Positions 1-10,947 of a DNA stretch of 64,000 nt are shown here, piece by piece. Below the pieces are notes generated by a model. The model searched no databases. It saw nothing but the letters and a program-made list of their open reading frames with translations, and was not told the origin of the DNA. Numbering within the stretch: position 1 is the first letter of the stretch; every line of letters begins with the position of its first letter. This DNA comes from a virus: positions 60,111 to 124,110 of the IMG/VR virus record IMGVR_UViG_3300045988_179398, one strand, 5' to 3'. Both the position numbers and the translations under genes were made by a program.

Positions 1-1
1 C

Positions 2-1357
2 ATTATTTCTGCCGTTCAGGACGGGACCATTAAAGAGAGTGATGAAATTGTTCAAAAGGCAAAAGAAGAAATCGAAGCTTGGAACGTAGAATACAAGAAA
101 GACTTGGAGGGGACCAATAAACTTATTTCTTATCAAACGTCCCTTTTAGACAAACAAATCACTAACCTTAACGACCAAAAATCGGCGTTAAAAGATGTTA
201 ACAATGAGCGCGAAAAAGAGCTTAATCTCATAAAGGCGAGACAAGCACTTGAAGACGCACGGAAAGAAAAGAAGAGGGTTTATCGTGCGGGTGTCGGGTT
301 TGTTATGGAAAGTAACGAAGAAGCAATAAATTCCGCTCAGAAAGCGCTCGACGATCTTGACGTTGAAAAGAGGCAGGAGGAAATCCAACTTCGAATAGAC
401 GCCCTACAGCAAGAAAAAGATATTCTAGAAAATTTGCCCAAAGAAGAAGAAATGGCGCAGCTTTCGAAGATATATGCTCAATGGGCTGGCGATGGCGAAG
501 GCAGCATGAACTCTGTTTCCAAGGCAACCGCCGATTTGGTTGCAAAATACAAAGATTCAATCGGGGCGCTGGATGCTTATAAAAAGTTCGTCGATGAACT
601 TAGGATTGAAAAGCCCAAAGATAATACCCCGCCGTCTTCCAACAACAACACTTTAGGTGCTCGACGTATCAATGTGGGTAGTATTGAGGGTGTAGATGAC
701 GATAAGTATAAGAAAAATTATAGGGGTTACGACGGGATGTCGATCACATTCGACGGAACAACGTATGAAGTGTTAACGTCGAATAAGAAAGATGATATTA
801 GAGAGCAAGAATTTATCAAAGCCAAGTATAAAGAATTATATAAAAATCCCAAAACAGGAGAAGTTGACGATCCTAAAACAGGAGATGTCGTCTCCTATGG
901 TGGGAACTATTATGTTTACCACGAAAGTAATACAACTTGGGAAAAAATTCTTAATGAAAGAGATGGCGAAGAGTTAATTAAAGCTTTCCGTGACAAGGGA
1001 TATTCTTCTGGAACAACTTCCTTCCAAGGTGGCAGAGCTCTTGTCAATGAGCTCGGAACCGAGGCGGTCATTACTCCAGGCGGCACGCTTACCGCGCTTC
1101 CTTCGAAGACGGGTATCGTCCCTGCGGACATAACCCGAAATGTTTGGGCACTCGGCGAAGTTGCTCCGACGCTGGTTGCGCAGCTTAGTTCGCTTAATCA
1201 AAAAGCGCTCACTGGCAACGCTGGAAACACGACTTATGAAGAAGGTCAATACATCGATAATCTTACCATGAACGTTTATCCGACAAAGGATTACGATATG
1301 GATAAGTTGCTTTCCGAGGCGCGTGCCAAGGCGAAGCTCACAAGGCACAACAATTAA
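2..1357 (+). CDS. tail tape-measure protein, C-terminal part (5' end upstream of window)
   Basis: Frame is open from nt 2 with no stop before the listed ORF. N part is Q/E/K-rich and coiled-coil-like. C-terminal GTEAVITPGGTLTALP-type segment, followed by Dit- and Tal-sized genes. Confidence 0.6.
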   Translation: MISAVQDGTIKESDEIVQKAKEEIEAWNVEYKKDLEGTNKLISYQTSLLDKQITNLNDQKSALKDVNNEREKELNLIKARQALEDARKEKKRVYRAGVGFVMESNEEAINSAQKALDDLDVEKRQEEIQLRIDALQQEKDILENLPKEEEMAQLSKIYAQWAGDGEGSMNSVSKATADLVAKYKDSIGALDAYKKFVDELRIEKPKDNTPPSSNNNTLGARRINVGSIEGVDDDKYKKNYRGYDGMSITFDGTTYEVLTSNKKDDIREQEFIKAKYKELYKNPKTGEVDDPKTGDVVSYGGNYYVYHESNTTWEKILNERDGEELIKAFRDKGYSSGTTSFQGGRALVNELGTEAVITPGGTLTALPSKTGIVPADITRNVWALGEVAPTLVAQLSSLNQKALTGNAGNTTYEEGQYIDNLTMNVYPTKDYDMDKLLSEARAKAKLTRHNN

Positions 1358-1425
1358 ATAAAGGTGGGGATAAGGCGGGGTAAAACCCGCCGATATCCGC
1401 ACTAAATAGAAATAAGGAGAGAATT

Positions 1426-2226
1426 ATGTTATATTTAAATTATGCAAAGCCCATACAGGGCGGAAACATCTTGAACTTCTTCGCAGACTCTGAAAAAGAC
1501 CTCGAAGCGGTGAGCGGCGGCAAAAAGTTCATAGCGAATAACGGAACGGATTATGGCGTGCCCGCCGATAGTTCTACGGTGATAATCACGCTGCCCGATA
1601 AGACTAAAAAGACATATATGTTGAGTGGCGGCGAGTGGATTGAAAACCCTGGAATAGAGAGTTTTATTAATACAGAGTTAAATCCGACAAAGATGAGTTT
1701 GCCATTGATTGATGCAATTGGAACTTTAGCAAAAAAACCTGCTGATTATTGTCTCGCGCCACAATATGATGAAAAAACTGGGTTTGTATTTGGAAATGAG
1801 TTTATAGAACTACAAACTAATACTCATTTTAATGGAGATGAAACTGGCGCATCAAAACCTATGCCTGGGGAGTTATATATAGTGTTTCTTCCCGACATAA
1901 ATGACTTTGGGAGTATAATGACCTCGACAGACCGTGATATTCAATGTGAAACTCCCACCACATATATCTGCAAGGTTGTGGAAACAACAAATCAAGATTA
2001 TTTTTTAATAAATTATGATTGTACTTTGGAAACCCCTGAAGATTATTCTAATTTTTACCAGTATTTGATGAGTGAATTTAACGGTGTTTATGACGAGAGA
2101 TACTCTTCGGTAAAATTTGCCTGTCCATATAATTCATCTGGAGAAATAAGTTTTGCTCTCGGCGGTTTCATAACAAGAGAAAAACGTCTTAAGTCGATGA
2201 CTTTTTCGATGATAAGAATTAAATAA
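1426..2226 (+). CDS. tail structural protein (distal-tail-protein position)
   Basis: AAGGAG RBS. Lies immediately downstream of the tape measure. Function from synteny and size only. Confidence 0.45.
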   Translation: MLYLNYAKPIQGGNILNFFADSEKDLEAVSGGKKFIANNGTDYGVPADSSTVIITLPDKTKKTYMLSGGEWIENPGIESFINTELNPTKMSLPLIDAIGTLAKKPADYCLAPQYDEKTGFVFGNEFIELQTNTHFNGDETGASKPMPGELYIVFLPDINDFGSIMTSTDRDIQCETPTTYICKVVETTNQDYFLINYDCTLETPEDYSNFYQYLMSEFNGVYDERYSSVKFACPYNSSGEISFALGGFITREKRLKSMTFSMIRIK

Positions 2227-2343
2227 AATAATGGTTTTATCGCGTTTCCATTAAAAAACGCGTTACCATTAGTTTGGGTGTGGCGGTTGAGAAAACCTCC
2301 CGCCCGCCACGACTCAATAAAAAAATAAAGAGGAGGAAAAATC

Positions 2344-5300
2344 ATGGCGGTTTATAAACCAAGTAATTGCGTCCCGTTTTTATCTTGTTGGGATTTGACG
2401 CAGCCCCAATACATTAGCGGAGAATTGAACACTTCGAATGAAACCGTGACGGGGTATAAAGTTAGAGTTTTAGATAGTGAAAATAACACAATTTTTGAAG
2501 GGAGCGAGTTTAACCCAATAAACTTTTCAGACAAAGTAATAAACAGCGGTCTCAACGGCTCAATTTTAACTCTTCCCTTAATTGTTTCGGTTGATAACTT
2601 GGAGACTGCGGATGCGCAGTATAATTTTATATATTATCAGAAAGGGCAAAATAAGTGGTATGGTTTTGCCAAAAACTCTTTTTACGAAATCTCCAATTTT
2701 TCGAACAATTATCCCGACCAGCCATACAAATGGCAGATAACGCTCGCACAGGGTCAGCAAAACATAGATGGTGTTCTTGAACAGCAACCCTCCGACGAAT
2801 ACTTCGATATGGTAATCGACGAAGCAAAAATTCTCGGCTCGACTGGAAACCGTATTCAGAGTTGGTTGTCGGAAAATATATACAAAGATTATTACATTCA
2901 ATTATACGACGCAAGTAACAACGAACTCGGCGTGAGAACGCGCATCTCGAGTTACGATCATTCTTATGGTTTCATATACCCGCAAGAAAATACGATTTCG
3001 CAAGAATTGGTCGATAGTGCGAGTTACTTTAAAATCTTCAAAGACACGAATGACCCGCAATACGTTTCAACGGCGAGGTTGATTAATTACAGGTTAAAGA
3101 CCGATATAGACAAGGTTGTGCTTGATGGTAAATTCCCGATAAATACTGAAAGTTTCGATGGTAGATTTAAACCTTCGGGAGATCCTTCTGTAGTTTCAAA
3201 CCCTTATTTTACGCAGGTTTATGACGGGGATGTAACGAGTAATGTTACTTACGGAGCTTATACAAGGACAGAGAATACCACACCCCTCGCGGAAGGTACG
3301 ACGTTTTTACTTATGTATCAAGGCGATACAAATACCGAACCAAACCCTACTTATAATAAATATAATGGTGTGTTTGCTTTCCAGTCGGCAGAGTTTAAAG
3401 ATGGGAAAACCACGATTAAATGGTTACGCCCCGCTAACTTCAACAAATACTCCGATTTTCTTAATCGGTTGATTTGCGTTCAAAGCGAAAACACAAATTA
3501 CAGCACGAGCGCGACGGCAGAAAATCTCGGTACGATTAACCAAACCGAATTGATGTTCTACGACGAAACCGCGATAGGGTTATACCCCGTTTACGAAGAC
3601 GGAACCAAGACTCTGAAAGTCGCGGAGGTAACGCTCGCCAATTCCGCGATAGGGAAGCCGCAAAATTTTGAGGGCGGCATCATTTCGTCGGTAAAGGTCA
3701 AAGCTCAACTAACGGGGGTAACCTTAACTGCGATTTGTCTTGGCGGTAATAAGTATGTTGTTAAAGCGCCAGATACATATACAGGAACGGCAACCGTAAA
3801 TATCACCTATATGGAAGATAAAGGTGAAGTTTTCAAAAATACGGCGGGAAAGGCGTATATACGCCCGTTTATTGGAATTCATGCGGGCGATAAACTTTTT
3901 TATGGGAAGGACTTTGCTTCAAGCGTTACAATCGATTATATCGATGACGTCGGTAATTCGAAGAACAAATTTAGCCCGACGTGGTATATCGAATACAACT
4001 CCGCCGAGAAGAAGTTGGACCTCGACGATAAATATTCGATTCGTTCGTTCTTCAAAACAAGCGACGAAAACCCGTTTTACGCAAAAGCTTCGCCCGTTTT
4101 AACCATCGATTGCGATCAATGGGAGAAAGATAGCGAAGATAAATATTACAAAAACGAGTACGGTTATTGCGTATGCAAAAGAAGATATGTAACATTTAAA
4201 GGCACAATTACCAATCGCAACTGGGTTAATTATCAATGGGTATTAACAGACCTTACGACCAACAACACCCAGATTTCCGAGAAAATTTATCGCGGTAGTA
4301 CGGAATGCACTTTTTACGGATTACAAAACGACCATTATTACGAAATATCTTGGATAGTTGAAGACGAGTTTGGCGGCATTTTTACCTGCGAGCAAGTCTT
4401 TTTCTTAGACGTATCCATCAACGACAGCCCGTTCCCGTTCGAAGCGAAATATGAGTGCGAAACGCAATCGGTGCTCATCAACTTCGCCAGAGATGGCGTA
4501 ATTATCCCCGATCCTGCATTATATAGTTACGATACGTTTATGGTGAGGGTGGAAGAAGGTTCTAATATTTATCAGCCTTACATTGTGAAAGGGGAGAAAA
4601 ATCTCAAGTATACTTATAGGGTTTTGGCTGAAAATAACTTTGACCCCGATAAGGCCGATTACACGATAGAATACGTTGACACCGATACGGACAATGGTTA
4701 TCTTCAATTAGGCGACATACAACCCGAAACTCCGTCCCCCGACCTTACTTATCTTATGAGTTATACGATGACGCAGATAGGAGACTCTGAATCGGCAACG
4801 GGTGAAATCCCCGCGCCAACATCGGATGATTTTGCGCTCAATTCACAGCACGTTCTTAACGCGAATTTTGTCGGCGATGTGATAACTTACGAAATTGACA
4901 TCGAAGATTTTAACGATTTGCCTGCGCACATAGGGTTAGCGGTAGAATTATTGCCTCCGTCTAAAACTAATGCGGAAGGAGAGGTTGAGGCAGAAGAAAA
5001 CCGCAACAAGATAAAGTTGAATTGTTATAAAAAAATCAACAACGGGGCGCCTTTGAATAAATATGAAATCTTTTTCAACATTTTCAAAAAAGATGGCGGC
5101 GGCAAATGGGTAAAAGATGAGAGCGGAAAATGGCAAGAAGAAAATCCCGTTGTCTCAGCATGGATACCCGACAAGGGTTATACGGCAAAAGACAACCGCG
5201 ATTATATTCCCACAACACACCCATACGTTTGGGACGGTACGAAACAAGCTCCCGACAATAATTACTTAAACATCACGGGCGAGGGCGCGCTAAACAGCAG

Positions 5301-5685
5301 TTCTTCCGTAATTGTTAATCCGCTCGGCATCACCGATTCGACTGCGAAAAAAGACCGCAGGAGAGTTTGGTATGATAGAAAGACGGAACTCGTTCAACAA
5401 ACCGCAGAAGGCGATCAAATCAACGCTTTCAAAGCGGGCGAAGACGGTTATTGGAAATGGCCGAGTGAAAACGAGGGAGATTTTACCTGGGAAGACGAAG
5501 AAGGTACGGAACCCAGCACCATATACTCGCAGACAGAGCTCGTTGGACACACTGGTCGCCAAAACGTCGTTAATTACAAAATGACGTTCAACATCGTTGT
5601 TAAAAATTACAAAACGTTAAGCGCGAATAAAGATATCGTTTGGCAAGAAAGCATTATCGCTAACGCGTTTATCGAAAAAATATAA
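2344..5685 (+). CDS. large tail-tip / host-recognition structural protein (1113 aa)
   Basis: GAGGAGG RBS. Occupies the Tal position after the Dit-like gene. No catalytic motif recognised. Confidence 0.5.
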   Translation: MAVYKPSNCVPFLSCWDLTQPQYISGELNTSNETVTGYKVRVLDSENNTIFEGSEFNPINFSDKVINSGLNGSILTLPLIVSVDNLETADAQYNFIYYQKGQNKWYGFAKNSFYEISNFSNNYPDQPYKWQITLAQGQQNIDGVLEQQPSDEYFDMVIDEAKILGSTGNRIQSWLSENIYKDYYIQLYDASNNELGVRTRISSYDHSYGFIYPQENTISQELVDSASYFKIFKDTNDPQYVSTARLINYRLKTDIDKVVLDGKFPINTESFDGRFKPSGDPSVVSNPYFTQVYDGDVTSNVTYGAYTRTENTTPLAEGTTFLLMYQGDTNTEPNPTYNKYNGVFAFQSAEFKDGKTTIKWLRPANFNKYSDFLNRLICVQSENTNYSTSATAENLGTINQTELMFYDETAIGLYPVYEDGTKTLKVAEVTLANSAIGKPQNFEGGIISSVKVKAQLTGVTLTAICLGGNKYVVKAPDTYTGTATVNITYMEDKGEVFKNTAGKAYIRPFIGIHAGDKLFYGKDFASSVTIDYIDDVGNSKNKFSPTWYIEYNSAEKKLDLDDKYSIRSFFKTSDENPFYAKASPVLTIDCDQWEKDSEDKYYKNEYGYCVCKRRYVTFKGTITNRNWVNYQWVLTDLTTNNTQISEKIYRGSTECTFYGLQNDHYYEISWIVEDEFGGIFTCEQVFFLDVSINDSPFPFEAKYECETQSVLINFARDGVIIPDPALYSYDTFMVRVEEGSNIYQPYIVKGEKNLKYTYRVLAENNFDPDKADYTIEYVDTDTDNGYLQLGDIQPETPSPDLTYLMSYTMTQIGDSESATGEIPAPTSDDFALNSQHVLNANFVGDVITYEIDIEDFNDLPAHIGLAVELLPPSKTNAEGEVEAEENRNKIKLNCYKKINNGAPLNKYEIFFNIFKKDGGGKWVKDESGKWQEENPVVSAWIPDKGYTAKDNRDYIPTTHPYVWDGTKQAPDNNYLNITGEGALNSSSSVIVNPLGITDSTAKKDRRRVWYDRKTELVQQTAEGDQINAFKAGEDGYWKWPSENEGDFTWEDEEGTEPSTIYSQTELVGHTGRQNVVNYKMTFNIVVKNYKTLSANKDIVWQESIIANAFIEKI

Positions 5686-5700
5686 AGGAGGTCGGAAGCA

Positions 5701-6774
5701 ATGGCTAATTCGATGAGAGTATATTTGTCGAAGTACGACAAAGATAAACAAGTAAAAACCATAGGGCAAAAAGTTTATTTCATTAACGTCTTAAACGGCA
5801 CGGCTGCCGATCTTGACGCGTCGCAACAAGAGGTAGTGGCTCCGCCGCAAAAGAAGTCTTACCCGTCTAACCCTGCGCAAGCACCCGAAATAGTGTGTTT
5901 GATAAATTACCAAAAATATTACGACGAGCAAACGGGCAGGCGGTATCTCGAAGAACAAGGTTTCAGCCCGATTACCAAGAGTAATGACGATTCTTATTCG
6001 GCGATATTTAAACAAGAGATACGCGACACGGGAAGAGTTGACGAAAAGGGCGTCCCTGTATACGAAGAGCTTACGCCGTTAATTCCCGTTGACACGCAAA
6101 TAACAAATTTCAAATTCCGAGATTTCAACGTCTCGAATAACAGGACTTATAGGTATATTTTGTACCCGTATGAACAGGCGCCGAAACAGTCCATTTATAA
6201 TCTGCAAAAATCGGTTAAAGAACCGATCGGCGTGAATTGGCAAGGGTGGAGTATAACAGAGCTCCACCCCGTCGACGGCTCCAACAAGAAATTTACTGCA
6301 AGCCCCGACGACGTTTGGGTGTTCAATCTTAACGTTGACACGGGCGAACAGACGCAGAATATTTCGAGACAGGAGCAACAGACGCTCGGACAATTCAACC
6401 GTTATTCGCAAGGAAGACTCAATTACGTTAGCGGGTCTGTCAACTGCTTACTTGGAAGCGACGTTTTGCCCGCGAGTTACGTTATCAAAAATGGCAAAAC
6501 GGTTAACGAGGGCGGTTATCAAGAAATCAGAAAAACCAACAAAGCCCCGACGTCGAACGAACGCGTCGATATGTTGTTGGCGTGGAGAAGGCTTGTTATG
6601 TCCTCTAACCCGAAACTGCTCAAAGACCGCGCGGGGCAATCATTCCTTGTCACGATAAACAGCTCGACGAATAAACCGATGGACGCAGTGTATAGACAGC
6701 CGAATACGATTAGCTTTACTTGGACGCAAATCGGCACAACTGACGGGCTTCAAATTGTCGGTGTATACGAATAA
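5701..6774 (+). CDS. tail/baseplate structural protein
   Basis: AAGGAGG RBS. 15-nt gap to the upstream gene in the tail module. Confidence 0.45.
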   Translation: MANSMRVYLSKYDKDKQVKTIGQKVYFINVLNGTAADLDASQQEVVAPPQKKSYPSNPAQAPEIVCLINYQKYYDEQTGRRYLEEQGFSPITKSNDDSYSAIFKQEIRDTGRVDEKGVPVYEELTPLIPVDTQITNFKFRDFNVSNNRTYRYILYPYEQAPKQSIYNLQKSVKEPIGVNWQGWSITELHPVDGSNKKFTASPDDVWVFNLNVDTGEQTQNISRQEQQTLGQFNRYSQGRLNYVSGSVNCLLGSDVLPASYVIKNGKTVNEGGYQEIRKTNKAPTSNERVDMLLAWRRLVMSSNPKLLKDRAGQSFLVTINSSTNKPMDAVYRQPNTISFTWTQIGTTDGLQIVGVYE

Positions 6775-6785
6775 GGGGTGATAAT

Positions 6786-8021
6786 ATGTATAGAGTAAAA
6801 AATACGGCGAGCGGAGACATCTTGTCATATTATTCCGCTTCCTCTTCGGAAGTGTCAATCCCTCAAATCAAACAAGAGATAGACACTTCCCCAGTTATAA
6901 AGCCGCGTTATAGAATACACATTCTCAATCCAGACGAAACGGTGCGGGAAGATATTCCCGAAGAAGACATTGTTGTAGGTGGTTCGTATAGCGAGAATTA
7001 CCAAAATGGGCAGCGTAGAAGTTTGTCTTTTTCGTTGTATAATTTTCACAGAAAATACACACCTTCAATCAATGGGTTGTGGGCGGGCGTTAAATTGAGC
7101 TTGGAACTCGGCATCGAAATCAACGGCGTGGTTGTATGGTTCCCGAAAGGGGTTTACGTTATAAATAATATTTCAGCCACCCGCCAACAAGGACAGAACG
7201 CAGTGTCCGTGGAAGCCAGCGACAAATTCTCAATTCTTGAAGGAGCGGACGGAACGCTTGAAACTTCTTATTCAGTCCCAGTCGGGATGGAGATTTCCGA
7301 GATTATACGCGATTTATTGCGCACTCCAAAGGGGAACGGCGATCCAATAGACCCTCTCGGCATTATATACCACAGTTCGTTCAAAGGCAAGACCACACAA
7401 GCCACGATAACGAAAGAAGTTGGAGACAACATTGGTTCGATAATACTTGATCTTGCGACACAGCTTAACGCCGAAGTGTTTTATGACATCGAAGGTAGAC
7501 TAAACGTTGTTCCGATAAATTCGGTTACAGACGACCAAGACAAAGCGATTATTTATCATTTTTACGAAGAGATCGGCGGAGTGGCTGGGCTCGATTTGTC
7601 ATTCGATTTGAACAGTATAGTTAATCGGGTTATAGTTATCGGTTCGACGAATAATGGCGAGACATATCGTGCAGTCGTAGTAAACGATAACCCTGCTTCG
7701 CCGTTGTGTTATCAGAGAATTGGGTATCGCACGGCAAGCCCGATTAGTGACAGCAATATAACGTCGGATATTTTGGCGCGAGAAAGAGCCGAATACGAGT
7801 TACGGCAAAAGCTAATCTTAAAGTCGTCTTCTTCGATTACGGTTCGATATAACCCGCTGCTTCTCGTAAACAACCTTATAACGATTACCGATGATTTTTA
7901 CGGGCTTAATCAGGTGCGGTTTTTAGTTCAGGGAATTTCGTGTTCGTTGGATTATAGCGGTACAATGAGTTTAACGATTTCGAACATACAGAACTTCACG
8001 TTCTTAACAACGGGCAGGTGA
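6786..8021 (+). CDS. tail/baseplate structural protein
   Basis: GGGGTG RBS and tight packing. 411 aa. Confidence 0.45.
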   Translation: MYRVKNTASGDILSYYSASSSEVSIPQIKQEIDTSPVIKPRYRIHILNPDETVREDIPEEDIVVGGSYSENYQNGQRRSLSFSLYNFHRKYTPSINGLWAGVKLSLELGIEINGVVVWFPKGVYVINNISATRQQGQNAVSVEASDKFSILEGADGTLETSYSVPVGMEISEIIRDLLRTPKGNGDPIDPLGIIYHSSFKGKTTQATITKEVGDNIGSIILDLATQLNAEVFYDIEGRLNVVPINSVTDDQDKAIIYHFYEEIGGVAGLDLSFDLNSIVNRVIVIGSTNNGETYRAVVVNDNPASPLCYQRIGYRTASPISDSNITSDILARERAEYELRQKLILKSSSSITVRYNPLLLVNNLITITDDFYGLNQVRFLVQGISCSLDYSGTMSLTISNIQNFTFLTTGR

Positions 8022-8308
8022 TTATTATGACAACAAATGCAGAGCAATTAGTGGATTTGATCCGAGAGATTGTAAAAGAAGAAGTAAAGAAACAAGACAA
8101 TACGGTTCCGTGCATAGTTGATTCGATCAATGACGATGGAACGGTAAATTTGTGCATTTTACCCGATTTGGATACAATAGTTAGTCGAATACTTAATCCC
8201 AATCATGTCGATTGTCGAGAGGGCGATACGGTTTTATTATATAAAGTTAAAAATCAAATAAATAACTCTTTTATAATTATAAATTATTCTAGGAGAAGTA
8301 ATAACTAA
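8018..8308 (+). CDS. small tail-module protein
   Basis: GTG start overlaps the upstream stop (alternative ATG at 8027). Last + strand gene before terminator 8379-8421. Confidence 0.4.
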   Translation: MIIMTTNAEQLVDLIREIVKEEVKKQDNTVPCIVDSINDDGTVNLCILPDLDTIVSRILNPNHVDCREGDTVLLYKVKNQINNSFIIINYSRRSNN

Positions 8309-8378
8309 GTGTTAAGAGTAAAGAATTGTTAGAATTATATAGAAAAGTAAAGAAAGAATGATTTATAATTTTCCCAAA

Positions 8379-8421
8379 AAGGAATATTGGATTTCAATAG
8401 ATTTCCAGTATTCCTTTTTTT
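8379..8421 (+). terminator. rho-independent terminator ending the tail module
   Basis: 13-bp stem AAGGAATATTGGA / TCCAGTATTCCTT (1 mismatch) followed by a T-run. Confidence 0.6.
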
Positions 8422-8457
8422 ATCCGAAAATTTTTTACAGAAACATCGCCTAAACGC

Positions 8458-8486
8458 TTGACAAATCGTTTTCGGTGTGTTATAAT
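8458..8486 (+). promoter_or_regulatory. sigma-70-type promoter P1
   Basis: AAACGCTTGACA, 17-nt spacer, TGTTATAAT. Confidence 0.75.
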
Positions 8487-8518
8487 GACGCAGAAGAATG
8501 AATTTGGGAGGTAATATT

Positions 8519-8836
8519 ATGGCAAAACAAAGACTTAATACGATGGCTGTAAAAGTAGAAGAGATTTTGAGAGACAGGGTTAAAGCGCGTGACGACGATA
8601 ATGTTTTATACGCGTATTTTCTCAATTCGCTCGGTATTTCGGTTCACAAAGCCTCGTTTTGGGAAATCACGCGCCGTGTTGTGAACGGCGATTTGCCGTC
8701 GATGGAAAGCGTGGGGCGCGTTCGCCGCAAAGTGCAAGAACTCAACCCCGAACTCGTCGGCACGGCAGAGAAAAGAAAAATAAGATATAAGGCGATAGAC
8801 GATTATAAGGAATTCGCTCGCCAAAAGGAGATTTGA
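8519..8836 (+). CDS. hypothetical protein (first early gene)
   Basis: GGGAGG RBS before ATG 8519. The listed ORF start at 8498 lacks an RBS. Confidence 0.6.
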   Translation: MAKQRLNTMAVKVEEILRDRVKARDDDNVLYAYFLNSLGISVHKASFWEITRRVVNGDLPSMESVGRVRRKVQELNPELVGTAEKRKIRYKAIDDYKEFARQKEI

Positions 8837-8837
8837 T

Positions 8838-9203
8838 ATGGAAGAAAAAGAGGTTTTCAAAGTTCCCCCGAAGGAAGTTCAGCAGGCGGTTATCGACCGC
8901 GTTTTAATGCGGATAGAGGCGCGCCGTTCGAGTTTTACTCGCGAAGACGTAATCGGTTTTGCGAAAGAGGCGAAAATCCCGACCGTATATGCGGAGGCGG
9001 TTAGCCCCGCCGTTATCGAGGATTTGAGCGGGAGGATCTTCTCTCGGTTACTTGTTAACGGGATGATAATCCCCGTGAAAGGAACGAACTATTACAGAAA
9101 AATCACCGAGGAAGAGATGGAGGCGGCAAAGAAAGCGTATTTGGCGGCGCAAGAAGAGGCAGAGCAGGAGGCACAAAATGGCGAAAAAACCGTACTTAAC
9201 TAA
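8838..9203 (+). CDS. hypothetical protein
   Basis: AAGGAG RBS. 1-nt gap to the upstream stop. Confidence 0.6.
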   Translation: MEEKEVFKVPPKEVQQAVIDRVLMRIEARRSSFTREDVIGFAKEAKIPTVYAEAVSPAVIEDLSGRIFSRLLVNGMIIPVKGTNYYRKITEEEMEAAKKAYLAAQEEAEQEAQNGEKTVLN

Positions 9204-9534
9204 AGAGCAGTTCGTAGAATACATCGGGCGGATAAAGGCGACGTGCGACAAAGACGATATGTTATCAGAAGCGGTAGAGAAAGCGTGTAACGACGATTGC
9301 CGAGTAATCGGCTTATACGGCGCTGAATGCTCGACGATGGTCGATTTGCTCTCGCTCGCAATGGGTTCGGAAGTTGGGACTTGCGACGGGAATGAGATTG
9401 AGTATTTCATATACGACCTGAACTTCGGGAAAGATTACAATGAAGGATGTTTCACCGAAATGGACGGAACGCCGATAGATATTTCAACGGCAGAAAAGTT
9501 ATACGATTATATTGCGTCGGAGGTAGAGGAATGA
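9178..9534 (+). CDS. hypothetical protein
   Basis: AGGAGG RBS. Overlaps the upstream gene end. Confidence 0.55.
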   Translation: MAKKPYLTKEQFVEYIGRIKATCDKDDMLSEAVEKACNDDCRVIGLYGAECSTMVDLLSLAMGSEVGTCDGNEIEYFIYDLNFGKDYNEGCFTEMDGTPIDISTAEKLYDYIASEVEE

Positions 9535-9896
9535 TTACGATGTATGACGCGCCTAAAAAAGTCAAGCTCGCCGAGTTGTTCCCCGATTCTAATCGCAAGT
9601 ATTATATCAAAACGTTTGAATATGGAACTTACGACAATTTCGTAGTGGCTCTCATATATGCAACGTGCCTCGTTATAGACGATTATTCGCTCAATTCAAA
9701 ATTGGTAAAAGACGGAAAATATTCCGCGTGTTTGGCAACGACTTTTATTCCTATCGACGAAGCCGAAAAAATGGGCGGGAATTTTATAAACAGTAACCGC
9801 AAGTTTGTCGGTTATGGAAACGACCTGAAAATAAGTAAACTCGAAGATTTGACCGATTTCGAGGTTACGGTAAATGGAGAATGGACGAGAGGCTGA
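9531..9896 (+). CDS. hypothetical protein
   Basis: ATGA overlap with the upstream stop and a GGAGG RBS. The listed ORF start at 9447 lies inside the upstream gene. Confidence 0.55.
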   Translation: MITMYDAPKKVKLAELFPDSNRKYYIKTFEYGTYDNFVVALIYATCLVIDDYSLNSKLVKDGKYSACLATTFIPIDEAEKMGGNFINSNRKFVGYGNDLKISKLEDLTDFEVTVNGEWTRG

Positions 9897-10947
9897 AATG
9901 CTCAAAGACATAAAGGAAAAACTCATAACCAACGCGGACGCGCTCATCGAATTACTCGAAGAATTCGGATTTGAAAAAATTACCCCGCGAGTAAGCGAAA
10001 TTCGGTGCGCTCGTGACGCTGATGGCGGTGGGAATAGCATTCAAATTCGTCTTAATAATAACGACGGCGCGTATGTTACCGATTACGCACGCGGGACGAA
10101 AGGCGAAGATATAATTGCTTATATAATGCGCGAGAAAGGCGTTGATTTCCGCACAGTTGTTGGGAAAATTCAGAAGATTCTCGGTTTGTCGGACGATTGG
10201 GCGAAGCAGAAACAATTGCCGTTATTTGGCGGGTTTTACAATCAAATCGGGCGAAAGAACGCGGAAATCGAGGTAAAGACCTACCCTGAAAGTGTACTCG
10301 ACCAATACGATATGACGCCGAATGAACGCTGGATTAAAGACGGAATTACGATCGAGGCACAGCGGTTTTATGGCGTCGGGTATGACGTCGAAAGCCAAAG
10401 GATAATTTTCCCGATTAGAAGCGCGGAAACAGGCGAGATACAGGGAGTAAAGGGACGTGCCAACTTCGACGATTACGATGAATACACGCCGAAATATATT
10501 TACGTTTTACCGACCCCGATGTCGACGACGCTTTTTAATTACTCGGAAAGTTACGGCGATTTATACGGGAACGAAGTTTGGGTTGTAGAGAGCGAAAAGA
10601 CATGTATGATTGGTTACGGGTTTGGCGTAAAAAACATTGTCGCGCTCGGTTCGCACTCGTTGTCTGAAAAACAGGCGCAACTGATTTTACAGCTTAACCC
10701 AAAACGCGTGATTATGGCACTCGACGAAGGGCTGGATTTTGAAGCGACCGAAACGAATCTGAAATTATTGAAGTCGTTTTCGGCGTTACGCGATCTTGAA
10801 TTATGGTACTGGGACACGACGCTCGACCCGACGATCAAAGGGGCGAAGTGCGGTCCGTGTGACAACGGCGCGGAGTATTTCGAAAAGGTAAAAACCGAAC
10901 AGTTGAAAAGGTGGAATTATGGCAAAGAGAAAGACGAAAAAGTTTAA
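9874..10947 (+). CDS. DNA primase (DnaG-like, Toprim domain)
   Basis: VWVVESEKTCM and MALDEGLD Toprim acidic motifs. N-terminal region is primase-like. Alternative start at 9898. Confidence 0.7.
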   Translation: MENGREAEMLKDIKEKLITNADALIELLEEFGFEKITPRVSEIRCARDADGGGNSIQIRLNNNDGAYVTDYARGTKGEDIIAYIMREKGVDFRTVVGKIQKILGLSDDWAKQKQLPLFGGFYNQIGRKNAEIEVKTYPESVLDQYDMTPNERWIKDGITIEAQRFYGVGYDVESQRIIFPIRSAETGEIQGVKGRANFDDYDEYTPKYIYVLPTPMSTTLFNYSESYGDLYGNEVWVVESEKTCMIGYGFGVKNIVALGSHSLSEKQAQLILQLNPKRVIMALDEGLDFEATETNLKLLKSFSALRDLELWYWDTTLDPTIKGAKCGPCDNGAEYFEKVKTEQLKRWNYGKEKDEKV